From NCBI GenBank assembly GCA_964016885.1, contig OZ024742.1, forward strand, positions 45,136,001-45,200,000: a DNA stretch of 64,000 nt. Direction: 5' to 3'. Position 1 is the stretch's first letter. Every line of letters begins with the position of its first letter. Below the pieces are notes generated by a model, which made no database searches, was not told where the DNA came from, and saw nothing but the letters and a program-made list of their open reading frames with translations. Positions 14,461 through 27,867 of this stretch are shown in pieces. The position numbers and the translations under genes were made by a program. This DNA comes from Eledone cirrhosa. Taxonomy: Eukaryota.

Positions 14461-14915
14461 CTCTTTTGTACCTACATTACTAATAATATACACAGTTCCT
14501 GGGTTTTTGTTGTTGTTGTTGTTTTACAATTAACTCTTAGAGTGCTGGTGCTGCTTTCGGTATTTTACAGCACCATGTCAGGATTACACACTGATTTTGG
14601 CATTTTTCAAAAAAATAAGAGATATTTTGATCAAATTTTCTTTATTTTATCTGAACTTGTGCTTTCCAATGTCACCTGAAATGTACAGGTATGTCTTTGG
14701 CACACAGGGACTGCATGGTAAGACATACCAGTACATGTTTGACACTCAAAGAGTTAATTTTGACTGATTTATTAAAATAACTAAACTCTTTCATTACCAA
14801 GACAATGTTTTGCAGCATATTTTAACGAAAGGGTTTTACACAAACTTTCTTGGAAGGTTTTCATTGAAATATGAACACTTTGAAATTAAATGTTTTTAAT
14901 CATAGAACAAAAGAG
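14461..14915. mobile_element. piggyBac-like MITE containing a nested second MITE (14534-14753)
   Basis: Outer element TTAA-CTCTTTTGT...ACAAAAGAG-TTAA. Inner element TTAA-CTCTTAGAGTG...CACTCAAAGAG-TTAA. Confidence 0.7.
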
Positions 14916-15050
14916 TTAAAATGTTAATGTTTGTTTTATCAAATGTTGTTATCATATATTAGATATTTATCCCATAATCTCTCTTTTATTTTTATTTTTT
15001 ATATAGTCAACCCTTTTTTTTTGTAACTTAACACTCATGTTGGAGTATTT

Positions 15051-15410
15051 TGGATTGGCAGTATTGGTAGAGGGTCGGGTGCCATGCTTTGAAGCATAGA
15101 GTTACCTCCCTTTATGATCTAAGTTCAAATCCCGCCGAGGTTAACTTTGCCTTTCATCCTTATGGGGTCGATAAAATAAAGTACCAGTAATGCACTGGGA
15201 TAATTGCTGGCCTAGTGCCAAAAGTAGAAACAATTATTATTATATCGGTAGAGGATCGGACGCCATGCTTTGAAGCATAGAATTGCGTCCCTTTATGATC
15301 TGAGTTCAAATCTCACCAAGGTTAACTTTGCTTTCATCCTTACGGGGTCGATAAAATAAAGTACCAGTAATGTACTGGGGTATTTGCTGGCCTTGTGCCA
15401 AAAGTAGAAA

Positions 15411-15415
<5 letters not shown>
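15051..15415 (+). mobile_element. Two tandem copies of a young tRNA-headed SINE (~190 bp) with an ATT tail; 3' fragment at 12841-12903
   Basis: A-box-like TGGCAGTATYGG, B-box GTTCAAATC, body GTTAACTTTGCCTTTCATCCTTACGGGGTCGATAAAATAAAGTACCAG (resembles the Meta-SINE domain), end GGCCTTGTGCCAAAAGTAGAAACAATTATT. Confidence 0.85.
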
Positions 15416-15449
<34 letters not shown>

Positions 15450-18119
15450 TAATGAACTGAAGGGAAGTAATTTGTTTTAAGTGCAGCAACAGTTATATCT
15501 TAGAGTGTGTTAATGGGGTGCATCTTCACCTCAAATGTTTTCATCTATACAAATTATCTAAATATATTTTTAAATAACACAAAATAAAAATTGACATTCT
15601 ATGGAAACCAATAATTTTTCTTCATCATCATCATTTTATTTCTGTTTTCTATGTTGGTATGTGTTAGACAGGTTGTCACTGCCTGAGACTAAATGAGCTG
15701 AATAACCACATCTTGCTCATACATTCCATATTTTGGTATGGTTTCTACAGCTGGGTGCCCTTCCGTATGCCAACCACTTTAGAGAGTGTACTGGGTGCAT
15801 TTTATCATAGCAGTAGTGAACTTGTCAAGACCCTGTCTTTGTGTGTTCAGTATATATATATATCACACCTACATGTGTGTATCTGCTTGATGTGTGTGTA
15901 TATATATATGTGTTATGGACCTTAAATTTTGGTCATTAGTAATCTGATGCACTCAGATTCTTTGCTTGCTGTCAATAAAGGCTTGGCCGCTCTGGAGTCT
16001 ATTCTGTAGGCAAACATACAACCACAGATGTATTACTTCTGCAGGAAACCTCACCATATAATTTAAGAAATATACATTTCTTATCTCTTGCCATACCCAC
16101 ACTTCCTCTGTAACTGGTCAACACTTCCTGTATACTTACTACATATCTTCCTTATTATCTAAACTGATGTTTACTCTTAAGTTATTTTCATACTCAATTT
16201 TCTAATTATTTATTTATTTATTTATTTATGGTTTATATTATTTCTTTGATTAATGAATATTGTTTTTTATGGCTGGGGGAGTTTTTTCATTGTTTCTGAA
16301 TGAAGCCAGTGGATAACACTTGCCTTTTCTGCTAAGCTGAAATAATTGTAAAACAATGAATTAATATTTACTTCTATTCTCTTGTATTTTCATTGTTTAT
16401 CATAATATATTGAACTCTATATTTTGGATACTCATAAGTAATTGTAGTACTATAGGAGTAGATGATACTGTATATTGTCTGTTTGTTCACATCACCAATA
16501 CATTGAGTTCTAATAGGGTTAAAATTCCTGCTTTGACTAGGCAGACTGCTGATATATATATATATCTGGTAAATACACTTGTGTGCTAAGGTGGGTGCTA
16601 TACTCCATCGCCAAATGCAGGAGTTGATGTCTCATCAAACAGTGAAGTAACTCTCGAGGTGTTTCAGCCCCTTCCAATATGACACTAGAGCTACTTGGTG
16701 TCACCTACTAATTGAGGCGATGAAACTCCTGCACAATAGCACAATATATATATATATTGAAGATGATGCATACCCCAACACACACATACCTGTGTTATGG
16801 CATTTCTAAAGTTGCATTAGGTATCCATTGCTTTTAATTTACATCCAATTTCTCACTTGTTAAGTTTGAGTTTCAGTGCTCCAGCTATATTCTATCTACA
16901 CTGTATGCTGCATGTGTATGTATATATATATATATACATATATATACTGTATGGACACCTATGACTAACTAAAAGCTTCTTGCACATAGAATATGGAACT
17001 GAATTTCTTTTGTAGATTATGAATCTGTTGGTGTATGCTTGTGTGTGTGTATCATCATCATCACCGTTTTACGTCCGTTCTTCCACGCTAGCATGGGTTA
17101 GACGAGTTGTCCTGTTGTGGACAGTCTCCGGTTGGCTGACCTTGTCTTGCTCATACGGGAACTGATTCTGGCTTGATTTCTACAGCTGGATGCTCTTCCT
17201 AACACCAACCTCATTTACAGTGAGTGCTGGGTGCTTTTTTTTCCGTGGCGCCTACACATCCACTTTACAGTGTGAGCTGGGTGCTTTTTTGCTGTGGCAC
17301 CTCCACAACCACTTTGCAGTGGGAGGGGGTGGGGGCATATTGTCTATATGTTTCAGCTTCGGCTTGTACCCGTGGGGGGTCGGGTATTCTGTATTACTGT
17401 ATATACTTATATATATATTTATATACACAGCCTCCTCACTTAACAGACATATCCTTTAATGTCCACTTACACAATCATTATTGTATGTGTCACAACACTC
17501 CATTGTTTGTTGACAACCAATCGGTGTTCACTGATTGTTTGCAAGCCATTCCCGAATTATAAAGCTTTACACCTTTCATTAAGATAAAATAAAATTGTAC
17601 TGATATGCCATAGTGCATAAATAAGACGTCTAAGCCAATACCTGTTTTCAAGGCTTTTAATGACAGTGTAACCTTGTTAGGTGGGGATATCACTGGGTTT
17701 AAACTAAAGCCATTTTTTATTTACCATTCAGAGAACCCATGTGGATTTAACAATGTCATAAATCACTCACTGCTTATTTACTATCATGCAAACAACAAGG
17801 AATCGATGATTTAAGCTCTTTTTGAAGACTGGTTCATAAATTGTTTTATACCTACTGTCAAGTAGTATTGTTTGGACCACAGAACTATATCTGCAGACAA
17901 GACCTAGTATTAAGAACAATCTTTGCTACAGCAATATCTGCAACAGATAATTCATTTTATGAGCAGTTAGCTTTACAACCAGAGCAGTGGAATGGGAACT
18001 GGTCATTATGTGTGGAGTGGGTGTATATACATATCCCTATATCATCATCATCATGGCTTTTACGTCTGCTTTTCCATGGTTGCATGGGTGGACCCTAACC
18101 CTAGTATATATATATATAT

Positions 18120-18350
18120 AATTAGAATTAGAAGATTTCGCCATACTTTTGACTAAAGAGAATAGTCTTATAATGAGGCATATAAGACCCTTGAATGGTA
18201 AAAGATGGGCATCACATACGTGTGCACTAATGCTCATTTTTGTTTTCTGTTTGGGTGGCTTATATACCTCATTATTTGATTATTTTCTTTAGACAAAAGA
18301 ATAGCAAAATGCTCTTATTCAATTTCAAATTCTGCTCCCCATCTAAACAC
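18120..18350 (+). mobile_element. Degenerate foldback mini-element, AGAAGCTT-motif group
   Basis: GAATTAGAAGATTTCGCCATACTTTTGACTAAAGAG matches 2881-2917. The inverted arm is CTTTAGACAAAAGAATAGCAAAATGCTCTTATTC. Confidence 0.55.
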
Positions 18351-20974
18351 ACATGCTCGTTTATATGTGTGTGTATATGTATATCATCATCATCATCATC
18401 GTTTTACGTCCACTTTTCCCTGCTTGCAAGGGTGGGACGGCAACTGATTCTGGCTTGATTTCTACAGCTGGATGCCCTTCCTAACACCAACCTCATTTAC
18501 AGTGAGTGCTGGGTGCTTTTTTGCCGTGGCACCTCCACAACCACTTTACAGTGGAATGATATGGATCCCAGTCCTATCATCTCATTTCTACAGCTGAGTA
18601 AACTGGAGCAATGTGAAATAAAGTGTCTTGCTCAAGGAAACAACCCATCACCCGGTCTGAGAATTGAACTCACAACCTTTAGATTGCAAGGCCAATGCTC
18701 TAACCACTAAGCCATGTGCCTCTATGTATGTATATATATATATATATATAAGCCATGGGCCTCTATATATATATATTTAGGAGCAGTTTAGGTATGATAC
18801 ATTTTATTACTAATTATATCTAAATGTTTCTTCTCTCTTCATAATGTATTTCTAACTCTGATACTGGTTCAGTCTAGTTCAACTGAATTGGTCTGTCCCA
18901 GTCATTCATTGAGCAACATCGGTGAAGTTGGCACCCTTAACTCGCAGTTGGGTGCGGATGCATTCATGTATATATGTGTGTGTCCGCATGTATCTGTGTG
19001 TTTCTAAATATATTGTTATATATATATATATATATATATATAAAAAGAGATGAGATACATAAAAACACACACATAATGTGTATGTGCATATATATATGCA
19101 TACCTCTCTCTCTTCTCTTCATGTCTGTTTTCTCTGCTAGCAAGGGTTGAACAGGTGCCAACATAAGGGAGGTTGTCTTTGATACAACTGAAGATTCTTC
19201 AGTTTGTTTGTCAAGTTTTTTATGGTTAGATACCCTTCCTATTGCCAACCACATTACCGGATGTACTGGGTGCATTTTTGATGGCACCGGCACTAGAGAT
19301 TGAAGGATCCTCTTTTTTTCTATAGGGAAGAGATAAGATGAGGAAAGAAAGATAAGTATGTGACAATAAAGATGGAAAAGGATGTTGAGGATAGTGTTAT
19401 GAGTTTTTCACAGTGTTTGAAGGGGAAATAATATAGGGAGAAGAGTGGGAATAAAGTATGTCATTGGGGGGGGGGGTGCATAATGGTAAGTGTGGTAAAT
19501 TTGACAGGTTGGTGAGAAGTAGAGAGGAGTTTTTCCATGCATTACCACCACCCCCTTTGAATATTTATTTAATCATTTTAGTTGTAAAAGGTGTGTATAT
19601 GTTATCTCCATTATTTCTGTATAACAGTGATTTCCAAAGTAGCTCTCACGGGACTCCAAGAGAGAGATGTCTTTTAACAAAATTTAATAAATTATTTTTT
19701 TTAATAAAGAAGTTTTGTTTCATTTAATGTCTTGTTAAAATTAGGGTGGTTGGGATTGTCTATATAATATAACTGGGTTCTGTGATTTTTGAAAAATTAT
19801 ATCAGAGTTCTGTGACAAATTTGGGAACCACTGCTTTCATTCTTTTCATTCTTGTTTTTGTTTGTTTTTAATCTCTCTTGACTTATATCCTTTTAAAAAA
19901 AAAAAAAATGTCAGACCAAACTTCCTCCCCCTCCACCCCCATGACCTCTCCCCCATCTTCATGCTGCAATTATATCTGTTTCAGTTTCACTGTTTGTTAA
20001 ATAAATAGTTGACCATTCCAAACTATATATATAAATAAATATATATATATATATGTTTTGGCTGCAGGAAGTTACCAGAACAAATTCTGTAGAAAGATAT
20101 TTTCCGTAATAATAAAGATTATATGAAGCCAAAAAATATAAACAAATAAATAAATAAACCTGTTCTTTTTTTATTGTTTTTTTTTCTTTCATTTTTTTTT
20201 TTTTTACAGTTTTGTTTTGTATTTGTATATTTTAAAGAATTTATGTTAAGTTGATTTTCTTTTTATATAAGCAAATTCAAATGTGTTAGTACTTTAGTCT
20301 TGATAATAAACAAAAAGACTACATTGTCATTATTCTTTTATTTTACTGCTTTCACATATTGGGCTGTGGCCATGCTGGAGCACTGTTTTCTAAAGTTTCT
20401 AAATTGAACTACAAGTCGTAGATTGTGGTTAGGCTGTGTAGTTAGGTTTTCAGGCCTGGCTGTGTGATTAAAGAGTTTGCTTCACAACACAGTTCTGGGT
20501 TCAGTGCCACTGTGTAGCACCTTGGGCAAGTGTCTTCTACTATGGCTTCAAGTTAACCAATGTCTTGTGAGTAGAATTTGATAGACAAAGGCTGTAGAAG
20601 CCCATCATATATGTGTGTCTGTGTGTATGTGTGTATGTCCCATAACTTTGAAGTTCGGCGAAAAAGAGATCTATAGATTAAGTACAGACATTGAGTAGCT
20701 AAAACAAACAAACTAAAAAAAAAGAGTGCTCCAGCATGGCTGTTGACTTGTGACTAATCAGTAAAAGAATAGAATAAGTTTAATTTTTTTTTTAGTTCAG
20801 CTACATGCTATTGGCTGTCTTATGCTGAAGTTTTGTCAGAGGGTGGGATCTTGGCCTTGCCATTCTGGTGTATGCTTTTAGTATGGGCAGAGATACTGAT
20901 TGTGATGGTATCGAGGGATCAGAAAGAAGATGGAACAATTAACATATGTGTGTGTATATGTATGTATGCATGTA

Positions 20975-22299
20975 CGAGGGGGGGGGGGGGATAAAAAAAA
21001 GTTCACGGAATTTTTCAGAAAATAATCTATTTTTGAAAAAATATGATTTACCTTCAATTTATTTTTCTACATAGTTGCCATCCAGGTCAATACACTTCAC
21101 AAGGCGATGCTTCCAGCTTCGTAAGCTGTCTCTAAAGAAAGTTGAAGGCTTTGTTCGAAGCCAATGTGTTGGCAGTGTTTTTAGCTTCTTCAACACCACT
21201 AAAACGGGTTCCATTTAGCATTTCTTTGAGTTTTGGAAAGAGGAAAAAGTCTGATGGGGTTAAATCTGGACTATAAGGCGGGTGAAGAAGCACTTCCCAT
21301 CGAAATTCTCGAAGAGCTTCTTTTGCAACTCTCGCAGAATGCGCTGGTGCATTGTCATGGTGAAACAAGATCCCACCATAAAGTTTCCCTTTTCGTTTCT
21401 TGACTAATGCCTCTTTATACTTCCTTAAAACATTTGCATAGTAAGCTCCTGTCACAGTTCTTTGACCTTCAAGATAATCTATTAGTATCACCCCATCTGA
21501 ATCCCAGAAAATGGTGGCCATCACTTTTTGATCCGACTTTTGAGATTTGAACTTGATTGACCTCGATGATCCACGTGGAAGCCACTGTTTTGACTGCTGT
21601 TTGGATTCAGGATCATACTGGTAGATCCAGGTTTCATCTCCGGTGATGATTCTGGTCAGGAAATGCTCTTCATCAACTTCAATTTTGTTTAATATCGCTA
21701 AAGACAGATCACTTCGAAAAAATCAGCTGATCAGGGCACAACACTTTCGGGACCCATTGCGCTGAAAGCTTGCTTAGTCCCAAATTATCGTGCAGAATTG
21801 AATTTGCCGAACCATATGAAATGTCTAGGGACTTAGCTAACTGATTAACTGTTATTCTTCGATCTTCAGTTAAAGTCTGAACAGCCTCAACGTTTTGGTC
21901 ATTTTTTGATGTTCCTGGTCTTCCACTGTGATGGTCATCTTCAAGGTCGTCTCTCCCTTGTTTGAATCGCTGAATCCACTTGTAGACAGCAGTTTTCTTT
22001 GGAGCAGTAGTACCGTAAACTTTAACAAAAGCCTCCATAATCTGTGTCCCTTTCCATTTCAGTTTCACCAGAAACTTCATATTTGATCTTATCTCAAAAT
22101 AACTATTTTCCATTGTTCCAAAAAGAGGGGTTTTTTTAAAGAGTGTCAGTACTGTATAATAGTCCGCGTATAACTGACTGCAAGTGATTAATCGCAAGGT
22201 AAACACCCAGTGATAATGTTCTGACATGTTTAATATTGTTTTAACCTGATGTTTTTCTTGCTACGATAAAATTCTGCGAACTTTTTGATCCCCCCCTCG
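20975..22299 (-). mobile_element. Full-length mariner DNA transposon (~1.3 kb)
   Basis: TIRs CGAGGGGG...AAAAAGTTCACGGAATTT and AAATTCTGCGAACTTTTTGATCCCCCCCTCG, TA flanks, internal transposase. Confidence 0.93.
21059..22113 (-). pseudogene. Mariner (DD34D) transposase, inactivated
   Basis: N-terminal HTH region, WVPKVL, HHDNAPAH and YSPDLTPSDFFLF motifs. In-frame stop at 21709-21711 and a C-terminal frameshift near 21150. Confidence 0.92.
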
Positions 22300-23124
22300 T
22301 ATATATGTGTATATCTTTAACTGTTGTATATCTAAGTCTATAGTCTGTCTCGAGCCTGGACGCACATTAGGCCGGTGCTTATCTTGGTTTCCATGGTGTT
22401 AAGTGACAGAATTGAAGCCACCCCACTGGACAGAATGCCAGTCCATCGTGTAGTTAAACCCTCATCTATTGCTGGTACTCATTTTCAGCTGAATATACTG
22501 GAGAAATGTGAAATGAAGTGTTTTATTCAAGAACACAACACAATACCCAGTCCAGGAATCGAACCCATGACGTTATGATCATAAGTCCAACACACTTATC
22601 ACTAGGCCATGCATCTTCACTGCAAAGAACAAAAACATCAATGTGCCACCCCAACCAAAAATGCTGTTCTTCAAAGTGGTTTGCAATATTTGACCTGCAC
22701 TAAGTTACAGATACTCCTGTCATTAGAAATGCAATTAGGCAGTAATGGATTCATTGAAAACCTGTAACTAACAACACCACTATTCACCAATTATGATATG
22801 AAATGAAAATATATAAGGACAGAACAAAGGAAAGACACAAAAATAACAAATTAGTCACTGAGGGGGTCACAGAATGTGCGACAAAAGAACTTTGACAATA
22901 AAGTAATCAACAACCATCTGGTGAATAAACTAACCAACTGGAAGTTTATAATAAATTGAAGTGAAAACCATCAGGTGCATATGTTTTATTGGCAGCATTA
23001 CCCTCCCAAAGTATAACAATATTTACAAGTAAGTTTGTTTTGAAACAGCGAGCAAGTTTGAAGTAGAAATAGAAGCTTTTTTTAGTCAAAAATGTGGCAA
23101 AAGCTGTATTTTTCTATTTTATAT

Positions 23125-24063
23125 TATAACAATAGTGGAGGGTACTCTGAAAGTACAGTAGCCAGAGTTAGAACGGGATGGAAAAAGTTCAGAGAGCTAA
23201 TACCGCTGTTGGCCACAAAAGATTTCTCTCTAAAAATAAAAGGCAGATTGTATGCTGCTTGTATATGAACAGCAATGTTACATGGGCATTGTGTGCAGAG
23301 GACTTGCGCAGATTGGAAAGGAACGAAGCATGCATGCTCCGTTGGATGTGCAATAGTAATATAAACGAACAGCAAAACATAAATGAAATAAATGAGAAAT
23401 TAGGAATAAGAGGGATCAGATGTTGTTTACTTGAGAGGAGATTACGCTGGTATAGTCATGTGATGCGCCTGAAAGATGACAGTTGTATAAAAAAGTGCAG
23501 GGCGATCAAAATTGATGGAAGTTACGGAGTAGGTAGACTCAGAAAAACCTGGGACGACATGATAAAATCTGACCTTGCACACTTACACCTCTCTAAGACA
23601 ATGTCGCTGGACCAAGACCTCTGGCGCTATGCAGTAATACAGAAGACCTGCCTTCCCTACATACAAAGTTAAACCTACAATCAGTAGACACCTCTTAACC
23701 AAATATAAATCCCAACCCATTACTCCTACTCCATCCTCCCACCAACACCACCCTTTCTCTGTAAAGTTATGTTGGTACCACAGAACATCCAGTCCAAACT
23801 AAAGAGGTTGTGTAGGTGTCACAACAAAAAGCACCCAGTCCACGCTGTAAAGTGGTCATGTAGGAGACACGGTAAAAAGGCTCCCAGTTCACACTGTAAA
23901 TGTGGTTGATGTTAGGAAGAGCATCCCGCCGTAGAAAACCTGCCAGAGACAGTCCTATTACGAACGAGACACGGTCACCCGATCAATCTTGCCTCAAGTG
24001 GGACAATTCCCATCTAACCCATGCTAACGTGGAAGATAGATGTTAAACAATGATGATGATGAT
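23125..24063 (+). mobile_element. 5'-truncated copy of the RTE family at 37458-40540
   Basis: WALCAEDLRRLERNEACMLRWMC...LRWYSHVMR is near-identical to the ORF at 37837-38955. Same 3' UTR and (GAT)n tail. Confidence 0.88.
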
Positions 24064-24329
24064 GTTTTCAGATAAGAAATTTTGCAAAACAAATACAACA
24101 ATGAAAATACATTAGTTTAGTAGAAGCCATCTCTCTTCACAAGTGGATTTGCAGCTGAAGTTGAACTCACCAGCTGTAGATAATATATATTTCTAGTTTT
24201 GAAATTTGAATCCATGTGAATAGTACCTGTTAGCTGTACATATGTACTAGAGGGTGAATGAGTATACAGAAACAAAGTAGGTTATGTAACTTACCAGGTT
24301 GTGTGCACTCTGTGGTATGAATAGTATTG

Positions 24330-24850
24330 GGTTTTCCAGATATGAAGAAAAGTCCTCTTCTTTGTTGTCTTCTTGCAGAAGCAGAAGAGTCCTCAGCAGG
24401 ACCTATCAGAAGCAACTTGCTCGGGGTCTCCTGCCAGTTGGTTTTGCCTGTAAAATCTCTCCAGCAATTCTTTCCTTTAGGCATTCTGACCACGTGTGAT
24501 CTCTCAATTTGGAGAAGTAGTGGCTCTATCCGGAGCGCCTCTTTGTCTCCGAGCTATAAACTCTATCAAGTGATGTTACTCAAAAGAACCTTTTGAGGAA
24601 ACCCCATTTCAACCACTTGTGTTCGCGATTGGTCATTACCCAAGATTCATGACCATAGGTAAGGGTTACTGCATCAATTCCAGTAATTCTTGCACTTAAT
24701 TCAGCCTCCTGCCTTCCATCATTTGTGAACATGGCCCTAAGATACTTGAACTTCTCCAGCTGCTTCAGTGGAACTCCACTCACATGTAGAGTGAACTGTG
24801 CAGGCATCCTTGAACGGGCCTGAGCAAGTTGCTTCTGATAGGACCTGCTG
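24330..24850 (-). pseudogene. RTE-type LINE RT C-terminal fragment (related fragments on + at ~25310-25750 and ~28600-28950)
   Basis: LKQLEKFKYL...LTYGHESWVMT motifs; SMLLHASETW; IERSQLRYYGHV. Confidence 0.65.
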
Positions 24851-26162
24851 AATAATAAGGAGGGGGAGAAGGAGAAGAAAAAAAACTTTCCATAACATGT
24901 CCCATGGAAGGTGGTCATATAATTTTCAAGGTCTACAAAACAAACCTAAACCTCTTGGCAATACTCCCAAGATTTCTCAAAATCTTGCCACACCATGAAT
25001 ATTTGGGTGGGTGTACTGCGTCTGGAGCAAAAACCACACTGTTCATTAGTTAACATGGACTCGACAATATTCCTACATCTCTGCGAGACACTTGGCATAG
25101 ACTTTACTAAGGAGGCTTAACAAGGAGATCTGTTGGTCTTAGGATATGCAACCTTTACATGCCCATCCCAAAGGTTGCATGCAAATCACCAGTTTTTGGT
25201 GTGTTGGATGAGATTTAAATGTATTTTTAGAACATGTCCCTCTACCTAAAGCCTGAACAAATCCCTTGTTGCTCTGCATAAAGGAGAATGCAGTATGAAT
25301 GCTTTTATTGCCATTAGTCACCAAAGGGCAGCTTTACCACGCCTGTGTGAGAAGCATGTTGCTCCATGCCAGCGAGACCTGGGCCATGTCATCCAACTGT
25401 CTTAATCGGCTCAGAAGGAATGACAAAGCTATGATCCGCTGGATGTGTGGTATGACCGCCGAGGACGATGTCAGCTCAACTGAGCTCCTGAAAAGACTGC
25501 TGATTGACGACCTCGAGGATGTGCTTCTCACAAGATGATCCAGGTGGCAGGAGAGGCCCAGGAAGACCAAAAAAGACTTGAATGGAGGATGTCAATCGGG
25601 ATCAAACCATGCTTGGCCTGGCCTAAGTGAGACTCGCAGACAGAAACACATGGAGCGGGACGCTAAGGAGTACTGTCAAGCAGGACCCACCCCTACTTAG
25701 GGATTAATTGTGTCCTGCATAATAAATTTAAAAAGCTGGATGATGATGATGATAATAACCATATTGTAGTGTTTTGGTGATTTTATTCACTCCAGTCCTC
25801 AATTTGGTACTTTTCTCAGAACCTCGAAGGCTGGGCTTTTTTTAGAGGCAGCCTATACTCGCTTCATCATAGCTACATCACTGGGTTGTGAGAGTTTTCT
25901 TGAGATCTAACAGTGTCACCCATTGCTGCATCTCCCCTAGTAGTTTATCACTGTTTGTCTGGAGTTGTTTATTCGTCCAACAAGAGCCCGCTTACATAGC
26001 AACTAACCATCATATTTGGTAACCATATCGCTATCCGCCAGCTGCAACCGGTTTTCTTGCAGAACAGCTCCGCTGAGAAGAAAAGGCAACGAGGAAAAAT
26101 AATATAGGCAAACAACACAATACAACAATGGTATGTCAGTTTAACACTTGATATAAAGAGTC

Positions 26163-26195
26163 TTAAATTTCAGATGCTAGTCCTTCATCAGAACA
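26163..26195 (-). ncRNA. Degenerate minimal hammerhead motif
   Basis: The minus strand reads CTGATGA-AGGA-CTAGCA-TCT-GAAA-TTTAA. Stems I and III are poorly formed. Confidence 0.35.
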
Positions 26196-27385
26196 TAGAA
26201 TGGGAGAGAGGAGAAAAAGAAAGATAGACAAGAGTAAGACAGTTGGAGAAAAAGCACATGTTATTGTTAGTCAGCCATCTTGAAAAGTGGAAATTTTAGA
26301 ATGCGGCTAGAGTGTTGAAGAGTTATCGATGAGGAGATAAGCATCAAAGAAATAGAAAAATGTGTGTTTGTACAAAATTGTGAGGGTATAGAGGTGGTGC
26401 GTGTCAGACTGTGACTAGCTGGGGGAAGAGGTTATGATTCATTCATTGTTGTGTATGTGCACGTGTTTACAGCCGTAGACTGAATCTGGTGTGCTAGGTG
26501 TGTGTGTGTACATATGCACACACACACATGTAAGTTCAGTTAACCTTATATATGTACACATAAAAGCTCACATTCAAGTAGTGTTTCTCATATGGTACAG
26601 AGAGATAGAGAGTGAGAGCGACTATGGCACATGCATACGAATCTCCACTTCTCATGTCAGAGGTATAGTCCATTGGACAAGAAGGCGGAAGGCCGTAAGA
26701 GATACCACAAAGCATCACGTCGGAACTTCAAAGGATGAAGGCCAATGCGGCTGTCAAGAAGGAAAGAGATAAGATATAAAAGAGACTCATTAAGCACGGG
26801 ATGTTGTGGTCCCCGAGTCACTGGTATAGCTTCGCAGCTATAATAAATAACACACCACCCCCACCACACATGTAAAGTTACCTATTAAGCCAGTTTAATA
26901 AGTGGTTTTGTTATTTTTTTAATTTTTGATCAAGCTCGATGACTTAAACCTGTAGCAGTAATTTAAACTCTTGTGCCGATGTCAGCAAAGTGGCCTCCAC
27001 GTATGCTGGCCTCTGGGCAACACGTTATTCAGTTTTCCCTTGTTTCGAACTGTCGCCTGTTTTTCAAGAGAAAACAATCCAAACTAAGGTCATTGACAGT
27101 TTATTTTAGATAACACTTTCTTTAGACCATTCTGCTCTCGTTTCTTGGAAGACACAATCACACAGAGTTTCTCCAGCAAGCAGAGAGTTGTAGCGCCTAG
27201 CCAAACACCCCAGCTCTCTCAACAAGGGCCCGACAGCAATTCTCCCATTGGTGGTTCAACAAAGGTTAGTCCACATACCACTGTAAATATCATCTTTTGA
27301 GTTATTGCACACACACATACATCACAACAACATAAGCTTTGTTTTCTTACATTGTCAACAATAGCCTCGTAGCAGGGTATTGAAA

Positions 27386-27737
27386 TTTCCAGCATAGTTA
27401 CGCCCCCCCGTAAAGGGGCGTAACTATGCTGGAAAGCATGGCGTCCGACCCTTTACCGATACTGCCAATCCACCGCCTGGGTATTGAAATAATTGTTTCT
27501 ATTTTAGGCACAAGGCCAGCAATTACCCAGTACATTACTGGTACTTTATTTTATCGACCCCGTAAGGATGAAAGGCAAAGTTAACCTCGGCGGGATTTGA
27601 ACTCAGATCATAAAGGGACGTAACTCTATGCTTCATTGAAATAATTGTTTCTACTTTTGGCACAAGGCCAGCAATTACCCAGTGTATTACTGGTACTTTA
27701 TTTTATCGATCCCTTAAGGATGAAAGGCAAAGTTAAC
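27386..27737 (-). mobile_element. Three tandem SINE copies stacked at one site
   Basis: Each copy is bounded by a repeat of (GGGT)ATTGAAAT(AAT). The first copy has an internal foldback at 27386-27435. Confidence 0.85.
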
Positions 27738-27867
27738 ATTGAAATAATAAATATATTTAAGTAGCGATCTTGTTTTATTTGTTCATTCAACAACATTTCA
27801 AACAGTGCTTCATATGGGACATACCAACAATATATATAATCACCCACCAAGCCAACAACATTACAAC

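Noticed and set aside
15051-15140. tRNA gene
   Set aside because: A and B boxes are present, but there is no cloverleaf and a shared SINE body and tail follow in every complete copy.
26063-26130. Possible 68-nt exon (TTTTCTTGCAG...ATG/GTATGT)
   Set aside because: Good splice signals but no downstream coding exon identified; needs RNA-seq.
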